A program made the position numbers and the translations under genes. This document shows, piece after piece, positions 44,723 to 54,586 of a stretch of DNA of 64,000 nucleotides. The notes under the pieces are model-generated. The model was not told the DNA's origin, did no database searches, and saw only the letters and a program-made list of their open reading frames with translations. Source of the stretch: an uncultured bacterium (GTDB lineage: Bacteria; Omnitrophota; Omnitrophia; Omnitrophales; Aquincolibacteriaceae); assembly GCA_964385615.1 (NCBI GenBank), contig CAYLPP010000001.1:185566-249565 (forward strand), given 5' to 3'. Every line of letters starts with the position of its first letter. Positions within the stretch are counted from its first letter, which is position 1.

Positions 44723-45325
44723 TTATTTTTTAATATCGGGACGGCTGGTGACGACTTCATCCACAAGGCCATAGGCCCGGGCTTCTTCAGCGGACATGAA
44801 ATAATCGCGGTCCGTGTCTTTTTCAATTTTCTCAATCGGCTGGCCCGTGTGCTTGGAAAGCGCGCGGTTCAGCTGATCTTTGAGTTTCAGAATTTCCTTA
44901 GCCTGGATATGAATATCCGAAGCCGTTCCCTGCGCTCCGCCCCACGGCTGGTGAATCATAACGCGCGCATTGGGAAGGCAGTAACGCTTGCCCTTGGTGC
45001 CGGCCGCGAGAAGGAAAGCGCCCATGCTGGCAGCCTGACCGAGGCAGTACGTGGAAACATCACATTTCACAAACTGCATGGTGTCATAAATCGCGAGACC
45101 CGCCGTAACGGAACCACCCGGGGAATTGATATAGACGTTAATGTCCTTGTCCGGCTCTTCCATATGAAGGAACAGGATCTGAGCGATAATCAGATTGGCA
45201 ATCGTGTCATCAATCGGAGTGCCAATAAAAACAATGCGGTCTTTAAGAAGACGGGAATAAATATCGTAGGACCGTTCGCCTCTTCCAGTTTGCTCAATGA
45301 CCATCGGTACGAGATAACCGCTCAT
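44723..45325 (-). CDS. clpP: ATP-dependent Clp protease proteolytic subunit
   Basis: The catalytic triad context is ...[14 protein letters not shown]...MIHQPWGG.... The protein is 200 aa. Confidence 0.95.
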   Translation of the reverse strand: MSGYLVPMVIEQTGRGERSYDIYSRLLKDRIVFIGTPIDDTIANLIIAQILFLHMEEPDKDINVYINSPGGSVTAGLAIYDTMQFVKCDVSTYCLGQAASMGAFLLAAGTKGKRYCLPNARVMIHQPWGGAQGTASDIHIQAKEILKLKDQLNRALSKHTGQPIEKIEKDTDRDYFMSAEEARAYGLVDEVVTSRPDIKK

Positions 45326-45344
45326 GCAACCCTCCCCTGGGTGT

Positions 45345-46643
45345 TTATTCCGGTTTAGCGTTCTTTTTCAGAAAATCGATGGCTTTTTCACTGCGAATCT
45401 GGTCGCGAAGGCTGTCGGCCGCGTCTTCATTCTCCGCGTAGTATTTCTCAACCGCTTCAACAGGCTGACGCACCTGAGAAGCAATGATTTCATAGCGGGC
45501 CTTGAGGTCTTCGGCTTTCACTTCCAGATTTTCACGGTTGGAAATTTCATCCAGAAGAAACGCCACATGCACCTGACGGCGGGCTTCCGGCTCTAGCTCC
45601 TTATTGAGTTTTTCGCGTTGTTTATTTTCTTCAGCTTCATCATGATGATGGTGATGATGCTGGTCGTGCTTCGGATGAATGGTTTCTTCGACTAAATACT
45701 TCAGCCGGCGGTCCACAACTCCATCCGGAAGATCGATCTTGTTGTGCTTGACCAGTTCCGCCAGCAGATTCTTTTCAAAAACCGCTTCGTTTTCACGGTC
45801 AACATTAGTCTGAAGGTCCTGCTGAATCCGCTCGCGCAGTTCGGCGAGCGTTTTAAACTCACCGGCTTCCTTGGCCATATCATCATTGAGCTCAGGCAGA
45901 GCCTTGCTCTTGATTTCTTTCACGGTAACTTTGAAAACGCCTTCCTTACCGGCGATTTCCTTCCGGCCGATTTTTTCAGGGAAAGTAACTTTGACTTCCC
46001 GCTGTTCGCCCGGCTTCACACCGATCAACTGCGTGGAGAACCCTTTAAGAAATTCATCTTCCTTGATTTCGAACCAGTCGTCATTGCGGTTTTCAACATC
46101 CTTGCCGTCAACGGAACACACATAATCGGCGATAACAAAATCACCTTTCGCGGCCGCGCGGTCTTCCACAGCCTTGAACTGCGCGAGAGATTCACGCACA
46201 CGCTCAAGAGACTGCTCTACTTCTTTCGGATCGACCTGTTTTTTCTCGCGTTTGACTGAAAGACCAGTCACCTTACCCAGCTTGATCTTGGGGCGGGTCT
46301 CGATACGGGCCTGATAGGAAAGCTTGCTTTCATTGAATTCGACTTCTTTAATTTCGGGGTAACCCAGCGGTTCAAGGGACTTTTCCTTGAGGGCGGTTTG
46401 GTAAGACTCGGAAATTAAATTCTTCAAAACAGCTTCGCGCGCCTGAGTGGAATAATGAAGCTGAAGCACGTTGCGCGGTGCCTTGCCGGGCCGGAAGCCC
46501 GGAACCTTCGCCTGATTGGCGATAGCTTTGTAGTATTCGTCATATTCCCGGGTGATCAAATCGGTGGGAACTTCGATTTTTAAAACCTTTTCACAATTTT
46601 TTCCATCTTGGACTGAAATCTTCAATTTAAGACTCTCTTTCAT
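45345..46643 (-). CDS. tig: Trigger factor (ribosome-associated PPIase chaperone), with a natural His6 run
   Basis: [26 protein letters not shown]... is a trigger-factor N-domain. An FKBP-like middle domain and a C-terminal domain follow. The track ORF at 46736 overlaps tRNA-Gly, so the start is moved to 46643. The HHHHHH run is at about 45642..45660. Confidence 0.9.
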   Translation of the reverse strand: MKESLKLKISVQDGKNCEKVLKIEVPTDLITREYDEYYKAIANQAKVPGFRPGKAPRNVLQLHYSTQAREAVLKNLISESYQTALKEKSLEPLGYPEIKEVEFNESKLSYQARIETRPKIKLGKVTGLSVKREKKQVDPKEVEQSLERVRESLAQFKAVEDRAAAKGDFVIADYVCSVDGKDVENRNDDWFEIKEDEFLKGFSTQLIGVKPGEQREVKVTFPEKIGRKEIAGKEGVFKVTVKEIKSKALPELNDDMAKEAGEFKTLAELRERIQQDLQTNVDRENEAVFEKNLLAELVKHNKIDLPDGVVDRRLKYLVEETIHPKHDQHHHHHHDEAEENKQREKLNKELEPEARRQVHVAFLLDEISNRENLEVKAEDLKARYEIIASQVRQPVEAVEKYYAENEDAADSLRDQIRSEKAIDFLKKNAKPE

Positions 46644-46687
46644 GAAAAATTTTTGGCGGATCTTGAACAGGTGGGTAAGATTAAAAA

Positions 46688-46761
46688 TGGAGCGAGTGGA
46701 GGGAATCGAACCCTCGTAATTGCCTTGGCAAGGCAACGCATTACCACTATGCTACACTCGC
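46688..46761 (-). tRNA. tRNA-Gly (GCC), CCA encoded
   Basis: Reverse complement is GCGAGTGTAGCATAGTGGTAATGCGTTGCCTTGCCAAGGCAATTACGAGGGTTCGATTCCCTCCACTCGCTCCA. The anticodon loop is TTGCCAA. Confidence 0.85.
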
Positions 46762-46970
46762 TTGTCTTTTTGAGGACCTATTCAATCCTGAAAGCCATAT
46801 AGTGTAGGAAAAGAGGTCCTTTTTGTCAACGGATTCCCTGCTTCCCAAGGGGTTTATTTTAAAGAAGTTAGAACAAGACCGCAGTTTGAAGCGTTTCCGG
46901 CGGAAACTGACGTTCAGCTTGTAAAGAAATGCGGGATCAGGTAGAATCGCCTTCCTTTCGCACCCTTTAA

Positions 46971-47046
46971 GCGCCGATAGCTCAGCTGGTAGAGCAAGTG
47001 ACTCTTAATCACTGGGTCGTAGGTTCGATCCCTACTCGGCGCACCA
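46971..47046 (+). tRNA. tRNA-Lys (CTT), CCA encoded
   Basis: GCGCCGATAGCTCAGCTGGTAGAGCAAGTGACTCTTAATCACTGGGTCGTAGGTTCGATCCCTACTCGGCGCACCA. Confidence 0.85.
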
Positions 47047-47121
47047 AACCTCATGGTTTGACACTTCGTCGTCGCGGCTACGGAAAGCCGCGTACGGCGA
47101 AGGCTTCGTCCGGCAAACCAG

Positions 47122-47203
47122 CTCCTGTTCCGCGGCTATGGCGAAATTGGCAGACGCGCCAGACTTAGGATCTGGTCCCGTAAGGGGTGGGGGTTCAACT
47201 CCC
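47122..47203 (+). tRNA. tRNA-Leu (TAG), long variable arm
   Basis: GCGGCTATGGCGAAATTGGCAGACGCGCCAGACTTAGGATCTGGTCCCGTAAGGGGTGGGGGTTCAACTCCCTCTAGCCGCA. The anticodon loop is CTTAGGA. The exact ends are approximate. Confidence 0.75.
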
Positions 47204-47234
47204 TCTAGCCGCACTAAATCCAATGATTTAGTAC

Positions 47235-47272
47235 GGCATTGCCGCAGTTTACAGAAAACTGCGCGCAATGCC
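47235..47272. terminator. Long near-perfect inverted repeat with a 16-bp stem between convergent genes, probably a bidirectional terminator
   Basis: ggcattgccgcagttt-acag-aaaactgcgcgcaatgcc. It lies between the tRNA-Leu 3' end and the stop of the convergent M48 peptidase gene. Confidence 0.5.
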
Positions 47273-47294
47273 CGCACAGCGCTCCCCGCGCATT

Positions 47295-48143
47295 TCAAGC
47301 CGTTTTATAAATGTCTCGAATCCCCTTAGTCATTTCTAGATACTGATCCCGGTGCACATCGAAGCTCTTTCCTTGAAGCGGAAGTTTCTTGAATTGCTTT
47401 TGCATGGCCTCCGTGCGTTCAGTCGTCAGGGGCCGGGAATTATAATAATCCAGGAAATACGGAATGATTTCGCTTTTCGCGGAAGCGAACTTGTAAAAAA
47501 CATCCACCATTCCCTGAGGATCATACCCAGCCTCAACCATGTACGTCATCGCTTTGCGATCCGCGATCAACAAACGGGCCCCCGGTGTTTTCTTTGAAGA
47601 ATTATTCAACATATGGATTCCGACAAGCCCAAGCGCGGCCAGAGCCCCAAACGGCCCGAAAGCCGGCGCGATCATGGCGCCTGTTTCCGTAACCTTATTG
47701 ACTCCCCGCTTCATTTTGGAGAGCTTGGGATTTTTATACTGAAGTTCGCCGATTTCATGAGCTAAAACCGCCGCCAGCTGGGATTCATTATCAAGAAAAA
47801 AAATCATGCCGGTGGTGATATAAACCCGCCCGCCGGGTGAAGACGACGCGTAAATTCTATCGTTGTAGAGAATCGTGAATCGATACGAGAGATCTTTGCG
47901 CTCTGCTTGAGAAGCCAGCGATCCGCCGACTTTCTCGATGTAAGACACGGCCCGAGGTTCCGTGTAGGGGCGGAAATTAGAAAGGATCGACTGGTGGATT
48001 TGCTCGCCTACCACAAATTCTTCGGCCAGGCTTCCGCCTTCAGGCGCGAGACCGGATGAATTATTTTCCGCGCAAAAACCGGCCGGCGTCACCTGCTGAA
48101 CTAAAAAAACAAACAGAAAAACGGTAAGGGGGGCCTTTTTCAC
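47295..48143 (-). CDS. Exported M48-family (BepA/YfgC-like) peptidase homologue with a variant HEIGE motif
   Basis: Signal peptide MKKAPLTVFLFVFLVQQV. The motif region is AAVLAHEIGELQY, with DNA verified as cat gaa atc ggc gaa. The M48-type downstream segment is ...AMTYMVEAGYDPQGMVDVFYKF.... Confidence 0.6.
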   Translation of the reverse strand: MKKAPLTVFLFVFLVQQVTPAGFCAENNSSGLAPEGGSLAEEFVVGEQIHQSILSNFRPYTEPRAVSYIEKVGGSLASQAERKDLSYRFTILYNDRIYASSSPGGRVYITTGMIFFLDNESQLAAVLAHEIGELQYKNPKLSKMKRGVNKVTETGAMIAPAFGPFGALAALGLVGIHMLNNSSKKTPGARLLIADRKAMTYMVEAGYDPQGMVDVFYKFASAKSEIIPYFLDYYNSRPLTTERTEAMQKQFKKLPLQGKSFDVHRDQYLEMTKGIRDIYKTA

Positions 48144-48181
48144 TCGAAAATTTTACCGCTCCTCCTCCCTTCCGTCCAGCC

Positions 48182-51100
48182 TTAAACCGCCTTGCGTTTC
48201 ATGCCGAAATCCCATTTCCAGATGGCGTACATGGCCGGGTAAATCAAAAGCTCCAGGATAAATGAGCTGGCCAGCCCGCCCACCATAGGAGCGGCGATAC
48301 GCTTCATCATGTCAGCGCCCGCACCCTGCGCCCAAAGCACCGGAAGCAACCCCATGAAGGCCGCCATGACTGTCATCATTTTCGGCCGGGCGCGCTTGAC
48401 CGCACCGTGGATAATCGCGTCGGTCAAATCCGCGTAATTTTTCATTTTACCTTCTCTGACTTTTTCACCGTAAGCCAGATCCAGAAACAACAGCATAAAA
48501 ACGCCGGTTTCCGCGTCGAGTCCCATCAGCGCGATCATACCGACCCACACCGCGATGGAAATATTGTAATTCAAAAAATGGAGAAGCCAGACTGCGCCGA
48601 TCAGTGAAAACGGAACGGCTGTCAGCACGATCAAAGTTTTAACCGCGGACTTCGTGTTCATGTAAAGCAGAAGAGCGATAATAAAAACCGTCAGCGGAAT
48701 AACGATTTTCAACCGCTGAGTCACTCGCTCCATATTTTCAAACTGTCCGCTCCAGACCAGCAGATAACCTTCGGGCAATTCGAACTGCTCACGCACCGCC
48801 TTTTTCGCCGCGCGCACATAACCGCCGACGTCACGGCCGGTGATATCCACGTAAACATACCCCGCCAGCATCCCATTTTCATCCCGGATCATGGCCGGAC
48901 CTTCACTCATTTTAAATTCCGCGAAATCCCCCAGCGGAACCTGCTGGCCAAGCGGAGTCAAAACCAGAATCTGTTTCAGTTTCGCGATATTATCGCGAAA
49001 ATCCCTGGCATAACGGACATTGACCGGCGTCCTCTGCCGGCCTTCAAAGAGCGTGGTCACATTTTCACCGCCGATCGCGGAGGTCACCAGCTCCTGAGCA
49101 TCGTCCACGGAAAGTCCGTAGCGCGAAAGCTGTTTGCGGTTGAGTTCAAAATCCAGAAAGTAACCGCCCGCCGCGCGTTCCGCGTAAACGTTTCGCGTGC
49201 CGCTCAGAGGCTTTAAAACTTTCTCGAGATTTTCTCCGATTTTCTGAATTTCTTTCAGGTCGGGGCCGAGAATCTTCACGCCGACAGGAGTGCGGATGCC
49301 GGTGGCCAGCATATCGATCCGGTTTTTAATCGGCATGGTCCAGATATTCGGGATGCCGGGCAGACGCACCGCCGCGTCCATCTCATCCACCAGTTTTTGG
49401 TAAGTCATTCCCTGGCGCCAAAATTTTTGAGGCTTCAGGGTGATTGTGGTTTCGACCATGGAAAACGGCGCGGGATCCGTCGGAGTTTCAGCGCGGCCGG
49501 CCTTTCCGAAAATATGATCCACTTCGGGGAACCCCGCCAAAATTTTATCCTGAAGCTGAAGAACTTTTTGCGCTTCGGTAACCGACATTCCCGGAAGAGC
49601 CGTCGGCATATAAAGAATACTGCCTTCATTCAAAGGAGGCATGAATTCCGAACCGAGTTTGAGATAGACCGGAATCGTGCTGACAACCAGCAGACCCGCG
49701 GCAAGCACGGCGGCAAACCGGTGCTTTAAAACGAAATGAACGGCGGGCTCATAGATTTTAAAAATGATCCGGCTGACCGGATGTTTTTCTTCCGGATAAT
49801 ACTTCCCGACAAGCACTGCGTTCAATCCGCCGGAAAGCCATTTCCATCTGAATTTAAAATAATCCATGCGCGTAAAAAGCATCCGCAGGGCCGGATCAAG
49901 CGTCACCGCAAGAACGGCCGCGATCGCCATTGCGAAATTCTTGCTGAAGGCCAGCGGTTTAAAAAGTCTTCCTTCCTGATCGACCAGTGTGAAAATCGGC
50001 AAAAACGCTACCGCGATCACTAACAGCGAAAAAAAGACAGACGGCCCGACTTCTTTTAAGGCATTGAGCCGGACTTCGTGATAATCCCCCTGCCTTCCGT
50101 TCTGGTCCCAGAGTTGGAGTTTTTTATAAGCGTTTTCAACTTCAACAATCGCGCCATCAACGAGCACGCCGATTGAAATCGCGATACCCGCCAGCGACAT
50201 AATGTTGGTCGTCAGGCCCATAAAATACATGGGGATAAAAGCCAGAAGGACTGAAACCGGAATGGTCACGATCGGAATCAGCGCGGACGGAATATGCCAC
50301 AGAAAAATCAAAATGACGGCACTCACGATGATCATTTCCTCGATCAGCGTGTGCTTTAAGGTGTGAATGGAATTGGAAATCAATTCGGAACGGTCATAGA
50401 CCGGTACAATTTTAACGCCGGCGGGCAGAGTCGGCTCCAGCTCTTGAATCTTGGCCTTCACGCGTTCAATAACACGCAGGGCATTTTCACCCTGGCGCAT
50501 GACAATAATCCCGCCGACCGCGTCACCCTTGCCATCGAGCTCCGCGATTCCCCGCCGGATTTCAGGACCGGCTTCCACTTTCGCGAAATGCTTGACCAGA
50601 AGCGGTGAATTGCTTTCCGGCGTATTGCCGACGTAAATATCTTCAATGTCTTGAATGGATTTCGCGTACCCCCGGCTGCGGATCATGTACTCCGCGCCTG
50701 AAACTTCGAGCAAGCGCCCACCGACTTCGTTATTCCCTTTGCGCACCGATTCCACCAGCTGTTTAAGCGGAATGTTGTAAGCTTGAAGCCGGTTGGGATC
50801 AACATTCACCTGAATCTGCCGGACGAAACCGCCGACCGCCGCGACTTCAGAAACGCCAGGCACTGATTGCAAAGCATAGCGCAGATACCAGTCCTGCAAA
50901 GTTCTCAACTCCGAAAGATCATGCGCGCCCGTTTCATCCGTCACCGCGTATTGATACACCCATCCTACGCTTGTCGCGTCAGGCCCCAGCTCCGTCTGCA
51001 CTCCTTTCGGAAGTTTGGGAAGAATCTTGCTCAAATATTCCAGAACACGGCTTCGTGCCCAGTAAAGATCCGTGCCGTCCTGAAAAATGACATACACGTA

Positions 51101-51370
51101 AGAAAAACCAAAATCCGAAATCCCCCGGACGGCTTTGACTCTCGGCGTGCCGAGCATGGCCGTGATAATCGGATAGGTCACCTGGTCTTCCATGATGTCG
51201 GGACTGCGGTCCCAGCGGGAGTAGATGATGACCTGCGTGTCGGAGAGATCGGGAATCGCGTCCATCGGCACGTTACGCGCGCACCACACCGCGCCCGCCA
51301 CGGCCGCGGCCGTCGCAAGAATAACCAGAAATTTATTCCGGGCTGAGAACTCAATAATTTTCTCAATCAT
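48182..51370 (-). CDS. Heavy-metal-efflux (HME) RND transporter, CusA/CzcA family
   Basis: 1062 aa with 12 TM helices and two large periplasmic loops. An HME-type segment AGIAISIGVLVDGAIVEVEN is present. There is an 8-nt overlap with the upstream adaptor gene. Confidence 0.85.
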   Translation of the reverse strand: MIEKIIEFSARNKFLVILATAAAVAGAVWCARNVPMDAIPDLSDTQVIIYSRWDRSPDIMEDQVTYPIITAMLGTPRVKAVRGISDFGFSYVYVIFQDGTDLYWARSRVLEYLSKILPKLPKGVQTELGPDATSVGWVYQYAVTDETGAHDLSELRTLQDWYLRYALQSVPGVSEVAAVGGFVRQIQVNVDPNRLQAYNIPLKQLVESVRKGNNEVGGRLLEVSGAEYMIRSRGYAKSIQDIEDIYVGNTPESNSPLLVKHFAKVEAGPEIRRGIAELDGKGDAVGGIIVMRQGENALRVIERVKAKIQELEPTLPAGVKIVPVYDRSELISNSIHTLKHTLIEEMIIVSAVILIFLWHIPSALIPIVTIPVSVLLAFIPMYFMGLTTNIMSLAGIAISIGVLVDGAIVEVENAYKKLQLWDQNGRQGDYHEVRLNALKEVGPSVFFSLLVIAVAFLPIFTLVDQEGRLFKPLAFSKNFAMAIAAVLAVTLDPALRMLFTRMDYFKFRWKWLSGGLNAVLVGKYYPEEKHPVSRIIFKIYEPAVHFVLKHRFAAVLAAGLLVVSTIPVYLKLGSEFMPPLNEGSILYMPTALPGMSVTEAQKVLQLQDKILAGFPEVDHIFGKAGRAETPTDPAPFSMVETTITLKPQKFWRQGMTYQKLVDEMDAAVRLPGIPNIWTMPIKNRIDMLATGIRTPVGVKILGPDLKEIQKIGENLEKVLKPLSGTRNVYAERAAGGYFLDFELNRKQLSRYGLSVDDAQELVTSAIGGENVTTLFEGRQRTPVNVRYARDFRDNIAKLKQILVLTPLGQQVPLGDFAEFKMSEGPAMIRDENGMLAGYVYVDITGRDVGGYVRAAKKAVREQFELPEGYLLVWSGQFENMERVTQRLKIVIPLTVFIIALLLYMNTKSAVKTLIVLTAVPFSLIGAVWLLHFLNYNISIAVWVGMIALMGLDAETGVFMLLFLDLAYGEKVREGKMKNYADLTDAIIHGAVKRARPKMMTVMAAFMGLLPVLWAQGAGADMMKRIAAPMVGGLASSFILELLIYPAMYAIWKWDFGMKRKAV

Positions 51371-52568
51371 GAACGTGCTCCTTGCCGAAACTCTGCAGCG
51401 CGGCCCGGATGCGGGACTCAGAATCGATTAGAAAATTGGCGGAACTGATCACCCGCTCACCTTCAGCGAGTCCTTCCACGACTTCCTGGAAACCGCCGGC
51501 TTCATAACCCACACGGACTTCGCGCGGTTCAAACCGGCCTTCCCCTTCGGCTACAAAAACCAGGGTGCGCTCTCCGGTGCTCAGCACCGCTTCTTCCGGT
51601 ACCGCCAGTTTTTCTCCCAAAGTCACGTGGAGTGTCACATCCACCGGCATACCTTCGCGAAGCAGGTCCTGCGGATCGGCCGTTTCAATACGCACCCGGA
51701 CTGTGCGGATCGCGGCATTAGGAATTAAATCCACGGTACGCACTGTGCCTTCAAAAATCTTGCCGGGAAGCGCTGAAGCTTTAGCCGTCACTTTTTGATT
51801 CGGGCTGGCAAGATCCGACTCATTTTCAAAAAGGTCGACATAGACCCATTTAAACCCTTCAGGCAGAAACAGATCTTCAGCCGAATGCGTGTAGGTCAGC
51901 AAGCGCAGACTGCTCTGACCTATGTCTTTCATCTCTTTCATTTGCCGCGCGCTAATGCCGGAAAGGCGCAGTTTGAGGTCGGCCAAATTCATGTTCGCGG
52001 CCGCACGCTTGCGAATTTCCGCGTAAGGACTGCCGTTAAAGCGGATGTAATCATCCACAGCCTCGCGGTACTCCCCGATAATATTGTGCAGGTCAGTGTT
52101 GTAAGCCACACGGCCCAGCTCGCGCACCTTCATTTCCAAAGGCATCTTCTTGACCTCTGAAATCTTAACGCCAATCTGCTGTTGGCGCTCCGGACTGACA
52201 CTCACCGCCGCGCGCCCGGCAATGACTGTTTCATCCCCGGTTTCGGCTTCCTCATAAACAGGAATGTAATCCATCCCCATTTCATCCTTGGCGGGTACCG
52301 GGGAAGAAACCTCCGGCCTCATAGGATGGCGGTAGAACAAAATCTTTCCTTTTTTATTTTCCGTATGATGCTCAACTTTGGTCAAACGCATATGACAAAT
52401 CGGGCAGTCACCGGGCTTATCGGAGGTAATGTTCGGATGCATGGCGCATTGATAGATTTCATGATCCGCGGAAATCTGCTTCTGAGCCGGACGGCAGCCG
52501 TAAACAACGGCTCCGGAAAATATCAAGACCGCGGAAATAAATACTGATTTAAAAATGACGGCTTTCAT
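51363..52568 (-). CDS. RND periplasmic adaptor (CusB/CzcB-like) with an N-terminal metal-binding motif
   Basis: YQCAMHPNITSDKPGDCPICHMRL is the motif found in heavy-metal efflux adaptors. Beta-barrel and lipoyl-like regions follow. Confidence 0.8.
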   Translation of the reverse strand: MKAVIFKSVFISAVLIFSGAVVYGCRPAQKQISADHEIYQCAMHPNITSDKPGDCPICHMRLTKVEHHTENKKGKILFYRHPMRPEVSSPVPAKDEMGMDYIPVYEEAETGDETVIAGRAAVSVSPERQQQIGVKISEVKKMPLEMKVRELGRVAYNTDLHNIIGEYREAVDDYIRFNGSPYAEIRKRAAANMNLADLKLRLSGISARQMKEMKDIGQSSLRLLTYTHSAEDLFLPEGFKWVYVDLFENESDLASPNQKVTAKASALPGKIFEGTVRTVDLIPNAAIRTVRVRIETADPQDLLREGMPVDVTLHVTLGEKLAVPEEAVLSTGERTLVFVAEGEGRFEPREVRVGYEAGGFQEVVEGLAEGERVISSANFLIDSESRIRAALQSFGKEHVHD

Positions 52569-52634
52569 AAAGCCTCCTTTCTGAAGAAAAACACACGCGT
52601 AAACAAATCGCTTACGGTTCAGAACAGAAGGTTT

Positions 52635-52976
52635 TTAAATGCGGAGAATATTCAGAGAGAGGTAGAGACGCCGGAGATCGCGGGAACCCGGCGGACCGGT
52701 TTCAAAGCAAAAAACATTCCGGCGGGCTGAAAGCAGTCCCGCCTGAGGAAATAAAACCGCGAGGAACAGAAGAAAAATAAACGCGGGAATCGCGCTGTTT
52801 TTTTCAATCGACGGAGCGCAGTCACGGAAAAAAGTTTTCACCATGTCACAGCAGTTCATGCCGGGGCCCGACAAAACAGCTTGATGAGAGGCCATAGGGA
52901 CACAGCAATGGCAGAAGGCCAGAACAGCCGGAAAAACAATCGTCAGGACCATGAGCCAAACCAGGATTTTTCTCAT
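52635..52976 (-). CDS. Small Cys-rich membrane protein (113 aa) leading the RND operon, a putative metal-binding accessory protein
   Basis: MRKILVWLMVLTIVFPAVLAFCHCCVPMASHQAVLSGPGMNCCDMVKTFFRDCAPS... has a signal peptide or TM helix, then CHCC and NCCD clusters, then a second hydrophobic helix. Confidence 0.45.
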   Translation of the reverse strand: MRKILVWLMVLTIVFPAVLAFCHCCVPMASHQAVLSGPGMNCCDMVKTFFRDCAPSIEKNSAIPAFIFLLFLAVLFPQAGLLSARRNVFCFETGPPGSRDLRRLYLSLNILRI

Positions 52977-53003
52977 CGTTTACCTGTTAAAGAGTAGCAC
53001 ATC

Positions 53004-53954
53004 TTACGGAATATGGTCTAGGCTTTCGAATACCAGGGCGAGGGCGCCCAGGTCCCCGGCATGCCCCCCCAGGTTGGAGCGGACAATCTTTACGGCCTTA
53101 AAAGCCTGGGGCCAGGCTTCACGCTTACAGCTTTTCATCATGGAATCCCAAAAAGCTTTCGGGGAAGAATTCCAGACCCCACCGCCAAGAATGATCATTT
53201 CAGGGTTCAGAATATTCAGAATGTTGGCCAGACCGATCCCCAGATAAGAACCCGCGCAACGGTAAACGCCCAATGCCGTTTTGTCGCCTTTCTTAACCGC
53301 AGCGCCCAAAATTTTCGCACTTACCGGCTCGCCCCCGGTTAACTTTTTGAGCGCCTCTTTACTGTAAGTTTCACGGGCCATACGAGCGATCGCTGTTCCG
53401 GATCCGTAAGCTTCCAGGCATCCTTTTTTCCCGCATTTGCAGGACGCGCCGCCGGGAACTATCGTCATATGCCCGACTTCTCCGGCCACAAAACTTTCGC
53501 CTTCAAATAATTTTCCGTTAAGCACCATCCCGCTTCCAATGCCGGTGCTGACGGTGACGTAAATAAAATTGGATTTTTTCCGGCCTTGCCCGAAAACTTT
53601 CTCGCCGATGGCCGCCGCGTTCGCGTCATTATTCATGAAAATAGGCAGGCCGGTTTTTTTCTGAAGGATTTTACGGAGAGGCAGGCCTTCCCAGCCTTTA
53701 AGATGCGGTGACTTGGGGACAACTCCGCGGGCACTGTCCACAGGCCCGGGAACACCCACGCCGATCCCCTGAATCCGCCCGGCGGTCTGCCGGCGAAGGC
53801 GGTCAATTTCCTCCGCCATATTTTCAATACACCGGGCCGTCTGGGCCCCTGTCAGAGTGGGAATGATTTTCTGGGAAAGGATTTTCCCGTGATCCGTACC
53901 GGTCACAATGGAAATCTTGGTGCCGCCTATGTCAATTCCGATGGCTTTTTTCAT
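53004..53954 (-). CDS. ROK-family glucokinase / sugar kinase
   Basis: GIDIGGTKISIV is the N-terminal ATP motif. A Cys-rich zinc motif CKCGKKGCLE and the ROK signature are present. Confidence 0.8.
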   Translation of the reverse strand: MKKAIGIDIGGTKISIVTGTDHGKILSQKIIPTLTGAQTARCIENMAEEIDRLRRQTAGRIQGIGVGVPGPVDSARGVVPKSPHLKGWEGLPLRKILQKKTGLPIFMNNDANAAAIGEKVFGQGRKKSNFIYVTVSTGIGSGMVLNGKLFEGESFVAGEVGHMTIVPGGASCKCGKKGCLEAYGSGTAIARMARETYSKEALKKLTGGEPVSAKILGAAVKKGDKTALGVYRCAGSYLGIGLANILNILNPEMIILGGGVWNSSPKAFWDSMMKSCKREAWPQAFKAVKIVRSNLGGHAGDLGALALVFESLDHIP

Positions 53955-53995
53955 CTCATGAATCTATGGGGTGGCAGGAAAAATATGGTAAAAAA

Positions 53996-54067
53996 TGGCC
54001 GGGGCGTGGATTGAACACGCGACGCAGGGATTTTCAGTCCCTCGCTCTACCACTGAGCTACCCGGCC
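53996..54067 (-). tRNA. tRNA-Phe (GAA), no encoded CCA
   Basis: Reverse complement is GGCCGGGTAGCTCAGTGGTAGAGCGAGGGACTGAAAATCCCTGCGTCGCGTGTTCAATCCACGCCCCGGCCA. Confidence 0.85.
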
Positions 54068-54112
54068 GGTAAAAAGCAGGTTGAGAATCATACTTTAGCC
54101 CCTTAGGGGCTG

Positions 54113-54586
54113 TCAAGCTTGGCGCTTGGGGGCAAGAAGCCCGTCCAGACTCCAGAGGGCTTTTTTTTGAAGGAAAATTTTTCCGGCAATAATGAGGTTG
54201 ATGAAATCCATGATAAATACCTGCCAGACAGCCAGATGAATGGGCCCGTTCTGCCCAAAGCATCCGCAGTTGGAACCCGCGTTATCAAGAAGCATACTGC
54301 TCGACCCAATAACCAGAAGAAAACAAAGGCAAAGAAACGCGAGGGCCGCGGAAGTCAGCGGAAGGATGAAACCCAACAGCATAAAAATGCCGAAAAGAAA
54401 TTCCATCCAGGGAACCGTCAGCGAGACAATCGTGAGAAACGAGTACGGAATTACCTGGTATTCGGCCAGCATTCCCCTGAAATTTTCAATCGGCTCCATA
54501 AGTTTGCTGAAGCCGGCATAGGCAAAAATCAGCCCAATCCAGATCCGCAAAAAAAACATGATGTGCGGGTTGGACTCACGGTTCAT
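54113..54586 (-). CDS. DoxX-family membrane protein
   Basis: 157 aa with four hydrophobic helices. The N-terminal half (...FLRIWIGLIFAYAGFSKL...) matches the DoxX pattern. Confidence 0.6.
   Translation of the reverse strand: MNRESNPHIMFFLRIWIGLIFAYAGFSKLMEPIENFRGMLAEYQVIPYSFLTIVSLTVPWMEFLFGIFMLLGFILPLTSAALAFLCLCFLLVIGSSSMLLDNAGSNCGCFGQNGPIHLAVWQVFIMDFINLIIAGKIFLQKKALWSLDGLLAPKRQA

Noticed and set aside
53964-54309. Two minus-strand ORFs (99 and 68 aa) overlapping tRNA-Phe
   Set aside because: They overlap a clear tRNA gene and have no coding features. They are spurious.
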